NCBI GenBank assembly: GCA_040771865.1
Contig: JAXGZF010000005.1
Span: forward strand, 124,001-188,000
Reading direction: 5' to 3'
Origin: Desulfobacterales bacterium
GTDB lineage: Bacteria; Desulfobacterota; Desulfobacteria; Desulfobacterales; UBA2245
Length of the DNA stretch: 64,000 bases
This document shows, piece after piece, positions 31,940 through 41,484 of this stretch; within the stretch, counting starts at the first letter, position 1, and every line of letters starts with the position of its first letter. The notes under the pieces were generated by a model. The model was not told the origin of the DNA, made no database searches, and worked only from the letters and a program-made list of their open reading frames with translations. The position numbers and the translations under genes are program-made.

Positions 31940-32027
31940 TGGTGCCTGGGACGGGAATCGAACCCGTACAGCACTATGTACCGAGGGATTTTAAGTCCCT
32001 TGCGTCTACCAGTTCCGCCACCCAGGC
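31940..32027 (-). tRNA. tRNA-Leu(TAA)
   Basis: GCCTGGG acceptor stem, AGGGA-CT-TAA-AA-TCCCT anticodon arm, long variable arm, GGTTCGATT T-loop and encoded CCA. Confidence 0.97.
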
Positions 32028-32135
32028 AGGTTGTCAGCCCGCAACTTATTGAAAAAGCAACAAAAAAATCCAACCGAAACAACCAATTGTCGCCCGAATC
32101 AGATGAAGCTCTTTTATCCGGTACAGAAGAAAATG

Positions 32136-32795
32136 TCAAGATTTGCCCAACCGCTTCCGAAGGGAAAACGCATGCATCACGCCATGGCACCGGCAGACCG
32201 TGCTCAGCAGAATCGGGCCGTCTGAAGCGATGGCCTTTTCCATGACGTTAAGAAGCGAAACAGAGCGAAAGCCCCCGACGCCGGGCGCAAGCTGGCGGCT
32301 TCGCAGCACAATGCACTGAAAGTTTCCGGAAGCAAGGGTTTGAAGCATATCAAACAGCGCTGTCCGGGGCTTTCCGGTAACCGTGCAGTGATTCCTTGGC
32401 TCCGGACAGTTGTCCGGGCAGATGAAATCCGCATGACTCATAAAAAGGCAATCGTCTCCCGACGGCATCGGATGCGGCATTTTTTGGAATATTTCCGGAG
32501 GAACCGCGGCCGGAATCAGTTCATGGCTGTTCAGAACCTTGATTTTTAGCCATTCATAAGCCACGTGTACGGGAACCATCGGCACGATCCAGTCCGGCCG
32601 GTCCGACCTCAGGTTGTCCGCCAACCAGGAAACCGCGTCCGCTTTTACCACCCGAATGCGATGCGCTTTCAGGGCTTCAAGGCTGGCCCGGTCCTGATCC
32701 ACCACCAGAATCCGGCAACCCGGATATCTGCCGGTCAGGTCTCGAACCGCCTTTTTACCGAAACGGCCTGCTCCCAGAATCCAGAATTCTTTCAT
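32136..32795 (-). CDS. NAD-binding (TrkA-N-like) protein with a Cys-rich C-terminal domain
   Basis: WILGAGRFG Rossmann motif and ILVVDQD; C-terminal CPDNCPEPRNHC and CRCHG. Confidence 0.7.
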   Translation of the reverse strand: MKEFWILGAGRFGKKAVRDLTGRYPGCRILVVDQDRASLEALKAHRIRVVKADAVSWLADNLRSDRPDWIVPMVPVHVAYEWLKIKVLNSHELIPAAVPPEIFQKMPHPMPSGDDCLFMSHADFICPDNCPEPRNHCTVTGKPRTALFDMLQTLASGNFQCIVLRSRQLAPGVGGFRSVSLLNVMEKAIASDGPILLSTVCRCHGVMHAFSLRKRLGKS

Positions 32796-32905
32796 CGGTG
32801 TTGATCCTTTGCGTTTTTCACACAAATGACGGAGAAAAGACCTGCGGCCGTGCTTAAACAGATCCAGTGCTTGTCAAAGCTTACGGCATCTGGTATGGGA
32901 ATTCA

Positions 32906-33517
32906 ATGCAAAATCAAACCGATGAACCCTCATTGATTCTGGCTTCCCGGTCTCCGAGGCGAAAATATCTGCTCAGAAAGGCCGGGTTGTCGTTTTCCGT
33001 CATTCCCAGCGCCGTGGATGAAAGCGGGATTCGCGCCGACCATCCGGATGAACTGGTCCGTCTTCTGGCTGAAGCCAAGGCGCTTGAAATCGCCGGGAAG
33101 TATCCGGAAAGCTGGGTGATCGGCGCCGACACCGTGGTCGTTATCGGAAAAAATATTCTGGGAAAACCGGCCTCAGAAGCGCAGGCCGCCGAAATGCTTC
33201 GGCAGCTCAGCGGCCGGACCCACCGGGTGCTGACCGGATATGCTATCTGTTGCCTGGCGAAAGACCGGATGCATTCCGAAATTGTGAGCACGGACGTGCT
33301 GTTCAAAACCCTGAGCGAAGAGGAAATCCAGTGGTACGTAAGTACGAAAGAGCCCTTTGACAAGGCGGGCGCCTACGCAATTCAGGGTCTGGGCACCTTT
33401 CTCGTCAAAAGCATCAATGGTTCCTATACCAACGTGGTCGGGCTTCCCGTATGCGAGGTGGTTGAATTCCTTATCCGTGAAAAGGCGGTAGCCCTGAGAG
33501 CCGGCAGAATAAAATAA
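32906..33517 (+). CDS. maf: Maf/YhdE nucleoside triphosphate pyrophosphatase
   Basis: LILASRSPRR, VIGADTVV, DKAGAYAIQG and GSYTNVVGLP. Confidence 0.93.
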   Translation: MQNQTDEPSLILASRSPRRKYLLRKAGLSFSVIPSAVDESGIRADHPDELVRLLAEAKALEIAGKYPESWVIGADTVVVIGKNILGKPASEAQAAEMLRQLSGRTHRVLTGYAICCLAKDRMHSEIVSTDVLFKTLSEEEIQWYVSTKEPFDKAGAYAIQGLGTFLVKSINGSYTNVVGLPVCEVVEFLIREKAVALRAGRIK

Positions 33518-34207
33518 ATGAGCATTGCAGACAATCTACATCAAGTCATTCAGCGAATCGATGCTTCGGCCTTGGCCTGCGGGCGGAATCCCGGGGAGAT
33601 CCGTCTGGTGACCGTGGGCAAAACCCATCCGGCGGTCCGGATTCAAGAGGCCGCCATGGCTGGTGCATTGATTTTCGGTGAAAACTACATTCAGGAGGCT
33701 CTTGAAAAATACGAAGCCCTTGCCAATTTGGGTTTGATCTGGCATTTTATCGGGCATCTTCAGACCAACAAGGCCCGTTTTGCCGTTAAAATGTTCGACC
33801 TGATCCATACAGTGGGATCCCTGAGGCTTGCAGCTGAACTGAACCGACAGGCGAAAAAAATCTCAAAAAATCAAGATATTCTCATTCAGGTCAACATTGC
33901 TAGAGAGGGTTCAAAATCCGGTGTGGATCCTGACGACGCTTTCGAACTGGTCCGGCAGATCAGTCAATTCAGCCATTTGTCCATAAGGGGTCTGATGGCC
34001 ATTCCTCCTTTCTTCGATGATCCTGAAAAAGTCCGGCCATATTTTTCGGCGCTTCGCGATCTTCGAGATTTCATCCGAAATCAGAATATTGCTCATGTCG
34101 ACATGCATGAGCTTTCCATGGGGATGACCGGAGATTTTGAGGTCGCTATTTCTGAAGGCGCCACGCTGGTCCGCATCGGGACGGCCATTTTCGGAGGACG
34201 AGCTTGA
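33518..34207 (+). CDS. yggS: PLP homeostasis protein YggS
   Basis: LVTVGKT, FGENYIQE, WHFIGHLQTNK, LSMGMTGDF and VRIGTAIFG. Confidence 0.95.
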   Translation: MSIADNLHQVIQRIDASALACGRNPGEIRLVTVGKTHPAVRIQEAAMAGALIFGENYIQEALEKYEALANLGLIWHFIGHLQTNKARFAVKMFDLIHTVGSLRLAAELNRQAKKISKNQDILIQVNIAREGSKSGVDPDDAFELVRQISQFSHLSIRGLMAIPPFFDDPEKVRPYFSALRDLRDFIRNQNIAHVDMHELSMGMTGDFEVAISEGATLVRIGTAIFGGRA

Positions 34208-34740
34208 AGCTGCTTCTGCATATCTGCTGCGCTCCCTGCGCCGTCTATCCTCTGGATTTTTTGCGGGAAAACGGCATCTCTGCAATGGGTTATTTTCATC
34301 GAAACAACATTCACCCCTTTACGGAATGCCTCAGGCGTGAGCAGACCCTGAAAAGCTACGCACAGGACATTGATCTTCGGATGATCTACCAGAAGGGCTA
34401 CGATATGGAGGGCTTTCTTCAAAACGTCGTATTCAGAGAATCGGACCGTTGTCGCTACTGCTATCATGACCGTCTGAAAACAACGGCGCTTCTGGCAAAA
34501 CGGGGAAAATTCGAAGCGTTTTCAACCACGCTGCTTTACAGCAAGTTTCAGCAGCACGACCTGATTCGGCAGATCGGCGAATCAGAGGCAAAGGCTGCGG
34601 GCGTGCCTTTTTACTATCATGATTTTCGCGAGGGATGGAAAACCGGAATCGAAAAATCCAGAGAACTCAACCTCTACCGTCAGCTCTACTGCGGATGCAT
34701 ATACAGCGAAAAACAGCGATTTTACAAGCCATTAATATAG
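34204..34740 (+). CDS. queH: Epoxyqueuosine reductase QueH
   Basis: TTG start overlaps the yggS stop; LLHICCAPC, NIHPFTE, RCRYCY and YRQLYCGCIYS. Confidence 0.9.
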   Translation: MKLLLHICCAPCAVYPLDFLRENGISAMGYFHRNNIHPFTECLRREQTLKSYAQDIDLRMIYQKGYDMEGFLQNVVFRESDRCRYCYHDRLKTTALLAKRGKFEAFSTTLLYSKFQQHDLIRQIGESEAKAAGVPFYYHDFREGWKTGIEKSRELNLYRQLYCGCIYSEKQRFYKPLI

Positions 34741-34760
34741 ACCCGGAATAAGAGCTGCCG

Positions 34761-36596
34761 ATGTTTGCCAACTTCATTTATCTGATACTGGCGCTTTTAA
34801 TATTTAACGCACGCCTCCCTTCCGAAGCTCCGTCCGAAGGCTTTTTAGGCGCGTTGTTTTGGACCGCTGTGCTTGCGCTGGCTTTTGTTGCTTTAACCCA
34901 TATCCAGTTTCGCCGCATCGAGCAAAGATGCGAACAAGAGCCCCTTCCCATGCTCGACAGCCGATTTTCAGCCGCCATGACCCGGTGCTCGATCATGGCT
35001 CTTGCCGTGTTCGCCTTGGATGTTTACGCTCTGAACCTGCGGGATTTCGCTTCTCAGCTTTCCTTGTTTGCCATGGCGCCCACCGTCGAAGGGGTCGTTT
35101 TCATGGGGCTTTTCATTGTCTATCTCTGCACGGTCTGGACCCTCGCCTACCCGGCTTACCGGAAAATTTACAGATCGGAAATGAGCCTTCAGGAGTACGT
35201 CGTATCCAACATCTCTTTTTCCGTGCCGATTCTGATTCCCTGGCTGATTTTATCCGGCGTCATGGATATGATTCAGTTGCTTCCCTTTGAAGGCCTTCGT
35301 CAGTTTCTGTCAACCACCGAGGGAGAAGTCTTATATTTTCTGATTTTCCTTATTTTTGTGGCCATTGTCGGCCCGGCTTTGATTCAAAGATTCTGGAAAT
35401 GTACCCCGCTGGAACCCGGCCCCGCCCGAACGCGAATTGAAATGCTTTGCAGGTACGCCGGCGTCCGGTATGCTCAGATTCTTCGGTGGCCGATTTTCGG
35501 TGGAAAGATGATCACCGCCGCAGTCATGGGTCTGATACGACAGTTCCGCTACATTCTGGTCACCGATGCGATGCTGTATTATCTGTTGCCGACGGAAGTC
35601 GATGCGGTCATCTCCCATGAAATCGGTCACGTCAAGCAAAAGCATCTGGTGTTTTACCTGGTGTTTTTTGCCGGTTATCTGCTGATATCCTACGCGCTGT
35701 TCGATCTGATCGTATTTACCGTGCTGTATCTGAGTCCGCTGACTCTGCTGATCGATTCAACCGGCGTTAACCAGACCACTGCGGCATCGACCATTTTCAG
35801 CCTGACGATCATCTTGATGTTTATCGTATATTTCCGGTTTATTTTCGGATTTTTTATGAGAAACTTCGAACGGCAGGCCGACTGCTATGTTTTCCGAATC
35901 ATGGACACGGGCCGCCCCCTGATCGAGGCTCTCAAAAAAATTGCCGTCACTTCCGGAGTGTCGCCGGATAAACCCAACTGGCACCACTTCAGCATTTCTC
36001 AGCGGATCCGTTATATGGAGCAGTGCGAAGCAGACCGGAGATGGGTGACGGATCACGACCGAAAGGTCAGGAAGGGAATCGTTGTATATCTGACCGCACT
36101 GGTCATTGCCGGCACAGTAGGTTATCATCTGAATTTCGGCCAGGCCGGTAAAGCGTTAAATGCCAAATTTTTTGAGTCGATACTGATGCGTGAGATTGAA
36201 AAATCTCCTCATGACGCCGCACTTCATGCCGCTCTTGGAAATCTTTACTTTGAAGTCAAAAACTATGCTGGAGCGATTTCGGCCTACGACCGTTCCTTGT
36301 CGCTGAACCCTGAAAACCCGGAAACGCTCAACAACCTGGCATGGCTTCTGGCTACATGCGAGGATGAAACCTACCGGAATCCGGATATAGCGCTGACGCT
36401 TTCTCAAAAAGCCGCCGCATTAAAACCGTCAGCCCATATTCTGGATACGCTGGCCGAAAGCTATTTTGTGAACGGAAGATTGGTCGAGGCGGTTGAGGCT
36501 GGGAAAGAGGCCCTGGCAATTGCTGCGGACAATCGAACTTACTATGAAAAGCAGATCAAGCGGTTTTCTGCGGCCGCGAAAGCCGCATCGCCCTGA
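34761..36596 (+). CDS. M48-family membrane zinc metalloprotease with C-terminal TPRs
   Basis: Multiple TM segments, HEIGH, FERQAD, WHHFSISQRI and TPR-like LNNLAWLL...LDTLAE. Confidence 0.85.
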   Translation: MFANFIYLILALLIFNARLPSEAPSEGFLGALFWTAVLALAFVALTHIQFRRIEQRCEQEPLPMLDSRFSAAMTRCSIMALAVFALDVYALNLRDFASQLSLFAMAPTVEGVVFMGLFIVYLCTVWTLAYPAYRKIYRSEMSLQEYVVSNISFSVPILIPWLILSGVMDMIQLLPFEGLRQFLSTTEGEVLYFLIFLIFVAIVGPALIQRFWKCTPLEPGPARTRIEMLCRYAGVRYAQILRWPIFGGKMITAAVMGLIRQFRYILVTDAMLYYLLPTEVDAVISHEIGHVKQKHLVFYLVFFAGYLLISYALFDLIVFTVLYLSPLTLLIDSTGVNQTTAASTIFSLTIILMFIVYFRFIFGFFMRNFERQADCYVFRIMDTGRPLIEALKKIAVTSGVSPDKPNWHHFSISQRIRYMEQCEADRRWVTDHDRKVRKGIVVYLTALVIAGTVGYHLNFGQAGKALNAKFFESILMREIEKSPHDAALHAALGNLYFEVKNYAGAISAYDRSLSLNPENPETLNNLAWLLATCEDETYRNPDIALTLSQKAAALKPSAHILDTLAESYFVNGRLVEAVEAGKEALAIAADNRTYYEKQIKRFSAAAKAASP

Positions 36597-36607
36597 TAAT
36601 GCCGGGG

Positions 36608-38923
36608 CTATTTGATGGTCACTTTCCGGACCTGAATCAGGTCGCAGTGCCCGGCAAAGATTTTCTCAATTCCATCCTGACGTAAGGTGGTCATGCCGTC
36701 GGCGATGGCCTGCTGCCGGATCTGTTCCATCGGCGCGCTTGTCTGAATGAGCTTCTTGGCGGCATCGGTTCCCATCAGGAGCTCGTGAAGTCCCATCCGG
36801 CCGCGATATCCGGAATGATTGCAGTCCTCACATCCTTTGGGACGATACAGCTTCAGATCATCGTCATACGGAACGCCGAAATGATTGTTAAAAATTTCCT
36901 GCCCGCCGTATTCGCGCACCAGTTCATCGTATTCCTCGCGCGAAGGATGATAGGCTTCTTTGCATTTTTTGCACAGGGTCAGGACCAACCGCTGGGCAAG
37001 GATGCACAGTACCGCATCGGCAAAATTAAACGGATCCATACCCATGTCCAGCAACCGGGTGATGCTTTCTGGAGCGCTGTTGGTATGCAGGGTGGAAAAA
37101 ACCAGGTGTCCGGTCAGGGATGCCTCGATGCCGATATGCGTAGTTTCCCGGTCCCGCATCTCGCCGACCATGATGACATCCGGGTCGGCCCGCAGAAAAG
37201 CGCGCATGGCGGCGGCAAAATCAAATCCGATTCTGGGTTGAACCTGAACCTGGCGCAACCCTTTTTGCGTGATCTCCACAGGATCTTCCGCCGTCCAGAT
37301 TTTGGTTTCAACCTTGTTGATATAGGCCAGAGCTGAATGCAGAGTCGTTGTTTTACCTGATCCGGTCGGACCGCAGACAAAGATAATCCCATACGGCTTG
37401 CTGATGGCGGAGAGAAAATTTTCGTAATTCTTCTTCGAAAAGCCCATCTTTTCAAGGGGAATTGGCTCTCCGGCTGCCAGAATACGCATGACCACATCTT
37501 CCAGGCCGCCCTGGGTGGGAATGGTGGCCACACGAAGCTCGATATCCTTCCCTCCGTACTTTTTGAATTTGATCTTTCCGTCCTGGGGTTTCCGCCGTTC
37601 AGCAATATCCAGACCCGCCATGATCTTGATTCGTGAAATAACGGCATTCTTGTAACTGAAAGGAATGGTCTGATAAATAGTGCAATTTCCGTCCACCCGG
37701 ATTCGGACCTGGGTATTTTCCTTTCCAGGAAAGGGCTCGATATGAATATCTGAAGCCCCGCGGGCTGCGGCGTCCAGAACGATCTTGTTGACAAGCTGCA
37801 CCACGGCGCTGTCCTGCTCATCGACCAGCCGCTCTTCATCTTCGACCTCGGCCGCTTCGTCCTGAAGCTGCTGAATAATATCGTCAATGGCGGCGAGCTC
37901 TTTTTCATCGTGGGTAAAAAGTTGAATAATATCAAGAATGTCTTTTTGCAACCCCACGCAGAATTTTAACTGCCTGCCGGGGAAAAGCGCCTTGATTTCA
38001 TCGATCTTCTGAAGATCATTCGGGTCGGCGATGGCAACGACCACCTTTCCGTCTTCTTCGTCGTACCGCAGGGGAACCCAGAAATTGTTGCGCATGAAGG
38101 AGGCCTTCAGGCCGACCAGCAGCTCTCCGGGAATTGTAATATTGGGATGATACTCGATGAACGGAACCTTGTAGTAGCTGCTCAGCGACTTTCCGATGTC
38201 CTGTTTGGTGATTTTATATTCTTTTATCAGGATGTCTTCGATCGAAGTCTTGTTCTGGCGGGCATCGGCTATCGCCTTGTTCAGTTCCTTCTGGGTGATA
38301 TTGTGGTTTTGAAGCAAATAGTCAAATTTGCTGGTTCGGTCTTTGGCCAGACGTTTCTGGTTGTAAAGGGCAAGCGCCAGAATCTTGGCCAGTTCAACTA
38401 CGGCCTGCTCGTCTTTCTCGGTAAAACAATTGCCTTCTTTCTGGTTGATCAGTTGAACCGTGCCGAGCAGAAATCGTTTGAAGGTTATTGGAACCGCCAG
38501 TACCTGTCGGGTCGAAAATCCTGTCACACTGTCCCACCGGCCGTCGAACTTTAATTCTGGATCAATCGCTGCCAGTTCTTCTTTATCGTTGACGTTTTTA
38601 ATATTGACAAGTTTGTTTTTCTGGGTCGCATACCCGGCGATGCTGTTCGAAGAAATGGGGAGGCGGATTTCCTCGATCTCGTTTCCGGATTTGAATCGGG
38701 ACACCATCTCCCGTTTGATGCCGTCGACCACATAAATCGTCAGCCGCTCGGCATTAAACAGCCCGGTAATTTCGTGTTTAAGGTCCACCAGAATCTCATC
38801 GAGATTGGAGGCCGCATAAATTTTATTGCCGATTTCCTGAAGCCGGACACGGTATTCCATCTCGGATTTGAGGCTGTGAACGTCTGCCGGATTTGCGTCG
38901 TTTGAAACGGAATTAATCAGCAT
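36608..38923 (-). CDS. GspE/PilB-family secretion ATPase with an N-terminal GAF domain
   Basis: GAF (SIAGY...FSTRQVLAVP...QLINQ...FTEKD), T2SSE_N-like region, ASDIHIEP, RKPQDG, GPTGSGKT, EDPVE, STLHTN and a tetracysteine motif. Confidence 0.9.
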   Translation of the reverse strand: MLINSVSNDANPADVHSLKSEMEYRVRLQEIGNKIYAASNLDEILVDLKHEITGLFNAERLTIYVVDGIKREMVSRFKSGNEIEEIRLPISSNSIAGYATQKNKLVNIKNVNDKEELAAIDPELKFDGRWDSVTGFSTRQVLAVPITFKRFLLGTVQLINQKEGNCFTEKDEQAVVELAKILALALYNQKRLAKDRTSKFDYLLQNHNITQKELNKAIADARQNKTSIEDILIKEYKITKQDIGKSLSSYYKVPFIEYHPNITIPGELLVGLKASFMRNNFWVPLRYDEEDGKVVVAIADPNDLQKIDEIKALFPGRQLKFCVGLQKDILDIIQLFTHDEKELAAIDDIIQQLQDEAAEVEDEERLVDEQDSAVVQLVNKIVLDAAARGASDIHIEPFPGKENTQVRIRVDGNCTIYQTIPFSYKNAVISRIKIMAGLDIAERRKPQDGKIKFKKYGGKDIELRVATIPTQGGLEDVVMRILAAGEPIPLEKMGFSKKNYENFLSAISKPYGIIFVCGPTGSGKTTTLHSALAYINKVETKIWTAEDPVEITQKGLRQVQVQPRIGFDFAAAMRAFLRADPDVIMVGEMRDRETTHIGIEASLTGHLVFSTLHTNSAPESITRLLDMGMDPFNFADAVLCILAQRLVLTLCKKCKEAYHPSREEYDELVREYGGQEIFNNHFGVPYDDDLKLYRPKGCEDCNHSGYRGRMGLHELLMGTDAAKKLIQTSAPMEQIRQQAIADGMTTLRQDGIEKIFAGHCDLIQVRKVTIK

Positions 38924-38934
38924 ATGCCTTACCG

Positions 38935-39195
38935 CTATTGTTCATTTGATTTTTGAGTTGCTTCGGTCTGGCCCGGTTTTTTCTGCAAGCTGCCGCAGAT
39001 TCTTTGCACGCCTCCGCCGATGAGGAGCGCACCGAGCAGATAAAAACTGAACTTGATGAACCCCAAAGCCGAAGACAGATTCTGTATGGACTCAAGACGA
39101 GGCATCACTTGGGGAATACGGAAGAAGACGCCGATTCCGGCCGTTACCAGAACTATTCCCCATATTCGCTTGAGCAGCGTTTTTTGCTCGGTCAT
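38935..39195 (-). CDS. Small two-TM membrane protein
   Basis: 86 aa with two hydrophobic helices, ending 11 nt before the ATPase start. Confidence 0.65.
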   Translation of the reverse strand: MTEQKTLLKRIWGIVLVTAGIGVFFRIPQVMPRLESIQNLSSALGFIKFSFYLLGALLIGGGVQRICGSLQKKPGQTEATQKSNEQ

Positions 39196-39331
39196 AATTT
39201 TTCCGAAATTTTATCTAATAATATAATCCGATTATCTCAAAAATGTCAAACTTTTAGCTGAAATTCTTCACAAAAAAACACGACACCCCTCAAAATTTTT
39301 TCAGGATAAGATAATATTTTCCAAAAGACTT

Positions 39332-39763
39332 TTACAGGGCGTAAAGTTCCTGCCCGTTGAGTACCTTCACGCCGTTATGAAGCAATAGTTTGACCGCATC
39401 ATCGATGTTGTCAAACCGGAATATCATCACGGCATTCTTCTGACTCTGCTGAACAAAGGCATACATATATTCGACATTAAGCCCGGAACGCCCCAGCAGT
39501 GCCAGTATTTTGTAAAGGCCTCCGGGGCGGTCTTCAACTTCCGCAGCCACCACATCGGTCTTTCCTACGGAAAACCCCCGGTCTTTGAGAACTTTCTCAG
39601 CCTTGGCCGTATCATTGACGATCAGCCGCAGGACTCCGAAATCGCTGGTGTCAGCCAGGGCAAGGGCCCGAATGTTCACATTGGCGTCAGCCAGAATGGA
39701 TGCCACTTCGGCCAGACGCCCGGATTTATTTTCAAGAAAAACCGAAATCTGCTGGACTTTCAT
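39332..39763 (-). CDS. Tandem ACT-domain protein
   Basis: [47 protein letters not shown] and NVEYMYAF. Confidence 0.9.
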   Translation of the reverse strand: MKVQQISVFLENKSGRLAEVASILADANVNIRALALADTSDFGVLRLIVNDTAKAEKVLKDRGFSVGKTDVVAAEVEDRPGGLYKILALLGRSGLNVEYMYAFVQQSQKNAVMIFRFDNIDDAVKLLLHNGVKVLNGQELYAL

Positions 39764-39806
39764 GCGCAACCTCCCTTTGGTTATATTCACCGATGAAGCA
39801 GGTCTC

Positions 39807-41108
39807 CTATATTTTCCGATTATCAATTACGCGAACCGCCTTGCCTTCGCTCCTCTGAATGCTCTTGGGTTCAACGAGTTTCACTCTGGCCGACACGCCA
39901 AGATAATCCTTGATATGCTTCTGAATCATGCGCTCAATATTCTGAAGCTTTTTGACCTCATCGGAAAAAAGCTTTTCTCCGACCTCCACCTTGACCGTCA
40001 GAACATCCAGATTGTCCTCTCTGTCCACAACCAGCTGATAATGGGGTTCCACCTCATGGATTTCCATCAAAACGCTTTCGATCTGGGATGGAAATACGTT
40101 GACGCCCCGGATAATGAGCATGTCATCCGTACGGCCACTGACTTTGTTCATCCGCACCAGAGTCCTGCCGCAGATACAGGGTTCACAGTTCAGCGATGTG
40201 ATGTCCCGGGTCCGGTAGCGTATTACGGGAAAAGCCTCTTTGGTTATCGAGGTGAACACGAGTTCTCCGGTTTCTCCATAGGGGAGTGATTCTCCGGTAT
40301 TCGGATCTATGATTTCGGGTATGAAATGGTCCTCGAAAACATGCAGGCCTTTTTTGGCCTGATAACATTCAACGGACACACCCGGCCCGATTACCTCGCT
40401 CAGCCCGTAAATGTCGATGGCAGCCAGATACAGTTTGCGTTCGATTTCCTCGCGCATGTTTTCAGACCAGGGTTCGGCGCCGAAAATGCCGGCCTTGAAG
40501 TTTAGATCCGCAAAAGAAACCCCCATTTCTTCGGCCGCCTCGGCAAGGTGAAGGGCATAGGAGGGCGTACAGGTCAGTATGGTGGGCTTGAAGTCCTTCA
40601 TGATCAAGACTTGGCGTTTGGTATTTCCGCCGGAAACCGGAATCACCGATGCGCCGAGCTTCTCGGCTCCGTAATGAGCGCCCAGTCCTCCTGTGAAAAG
40701 CCCGTATCCGTATGCATTATGAATGATATCATCGCAGTTGGCGCCGCCGGCGGCCAGAGATCTGGCCATGAGTTCGGCCCATGTCTGGATGTCGCGCGCC
40801 GTATACCCGACCACGGTCGGTTTGCCCGTTGTACCCGAAGACGCATGGATGCGTACCACCATATCCATGGGAACGGCAAACATGCCGAAAGGGTAATTAT
40901 CCCGCAAGTCCTGCTTGGTAGTAAATGGAACGTTTTTCAGGTCTGCCAGCGATCGGATTTGACCGGGGGTGATTCCCGCTTCCTGAAAACGTTTTCTGTA
41001 AAAGGGAACCATCGCATAGGCTCGTTCCAAAGACGTTTGAAGCCGACGCAGTTGAAGTGATTCCAAGTCTTCTCTCGGCATGGTTTCATGCCTGATGTCG
41101 TAAATCAT
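39807..41108 (-). CDS. paaK: Phenylacetate-CoA ligase
   Basis: [51 protein letters not shown] and [20 protein letters not shown]. Confidence 0.93.
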   Translation of the reverse strand: MIYDIRHETMPREDLESLQLRRLQTSLERAYAMVPFYRKRFQEAGITPGQIRSLADLKNVPFTTKQDLRDNYPFGMFAVPMDMVVRIHASSGTTGKPTVVGYTARDIQTWAELMARSLAAGGANCDDIIHNAYGYGLFTGGLGAHYGAEKLGASVIPVSGGNTKRQVLIMKDFKPTILTCTPSYALHLAEAAEEMGVSFADLNFKAGIFGAEPWSENMREEIERKLYLAAIDIYGLSEVIGPGVSVECYQAKKGLHVFEDHFIPEIIDPNTGESLPYGETGELVFTSITKEAFPVIRYRTRDITSLNCEPCICGRTLVRMNKVSGRTDDMLIIRGVNVFPSQIESVLMEIHEVEPHYQLVVDREDNLDVLTVKVEVGEKLFSDEVKKLQNIERMIQKHIKDYLGVSARVKLVEPKSIQRSEGKAVRVIDNRKI

Positions 41109-41186
41109 GGCCTGCTCCTTTGCTAAATCCTTCGTGTTATCTGTGGGGTACCAGAAATCCGGTCCCATGCCAATAAAATTTTAATG

Positions 41187-41215
41187 AAAAAGGCCGCGGG
41201 TTAAAACCCACGGCC
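41187..41215 (-). terminator. Intrinsic terminator in the paaK leader
   Basis: Minus strand reads GGCCGTGGG-TTTTAA-CCCGCGGCC-TTTTT, about 80 nt upstream of the paaK ATG. Confidence 0.75.
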
Positions 41216-41289
41216 CAGAAAACAACAAAACCATGGGTTGAGATTTTTCCGTCCACCCATGGTTTTAGTTCCGAATTTTGATTTCCGCC

Positions 41290-41376
41290 TTACGGATTCA
41301 GCCCATGGATAGACCTTCGAAAAAAAGAAAGTCTTCCATAAAGCCCAAGAAAACTGAGGCGGAACAATAACTGCAA
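41290..41376 (-). CDS. Putative 28-aa leader peptide MQLLFRLSFLGLYGRLSFFRRSIHGLNP
   Basis: SD GGGGAGG 7 nt before a TTG start; 4 Phe, 1 Tyr and 7 Leu codons; stop lies just before the hairpins. Confidence 0.5.
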   Translation of the reverse strand: MQLLFRLSFLGLYGRLSFFRRSIHGLNP

Positions 41377-41484
41377 CGCGATGCCTCCCCAATTCGACGT
41401 CTCAAAAATTCTGTCTTTTCGGCGGTATTGTTTTGATTTCTATAAAAAATTGCACCACGTCCTGTCAAGAAAAAAATATGCTTC

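Larger units (their letters stand above)
41187..41390 (-). promoter_or_regulatory. Candidate transcription attenuator for paaK-ACT
   Basis: A short leader ORF followed by mutually exclusive hairpins (41266-41255 with 41239-41227; 41239-41229 with 41215-41205; 41215-41207 with 41200-41192 plus a U-tract). Confidence 0.6.

Noticed and set aside
31623..31994. 123-aa ORF as an intact response regulator
   Set aside because: Only the first ~16 codons resemble a receiver; the rest runs antisense through a terminator and tRNA-Leu.
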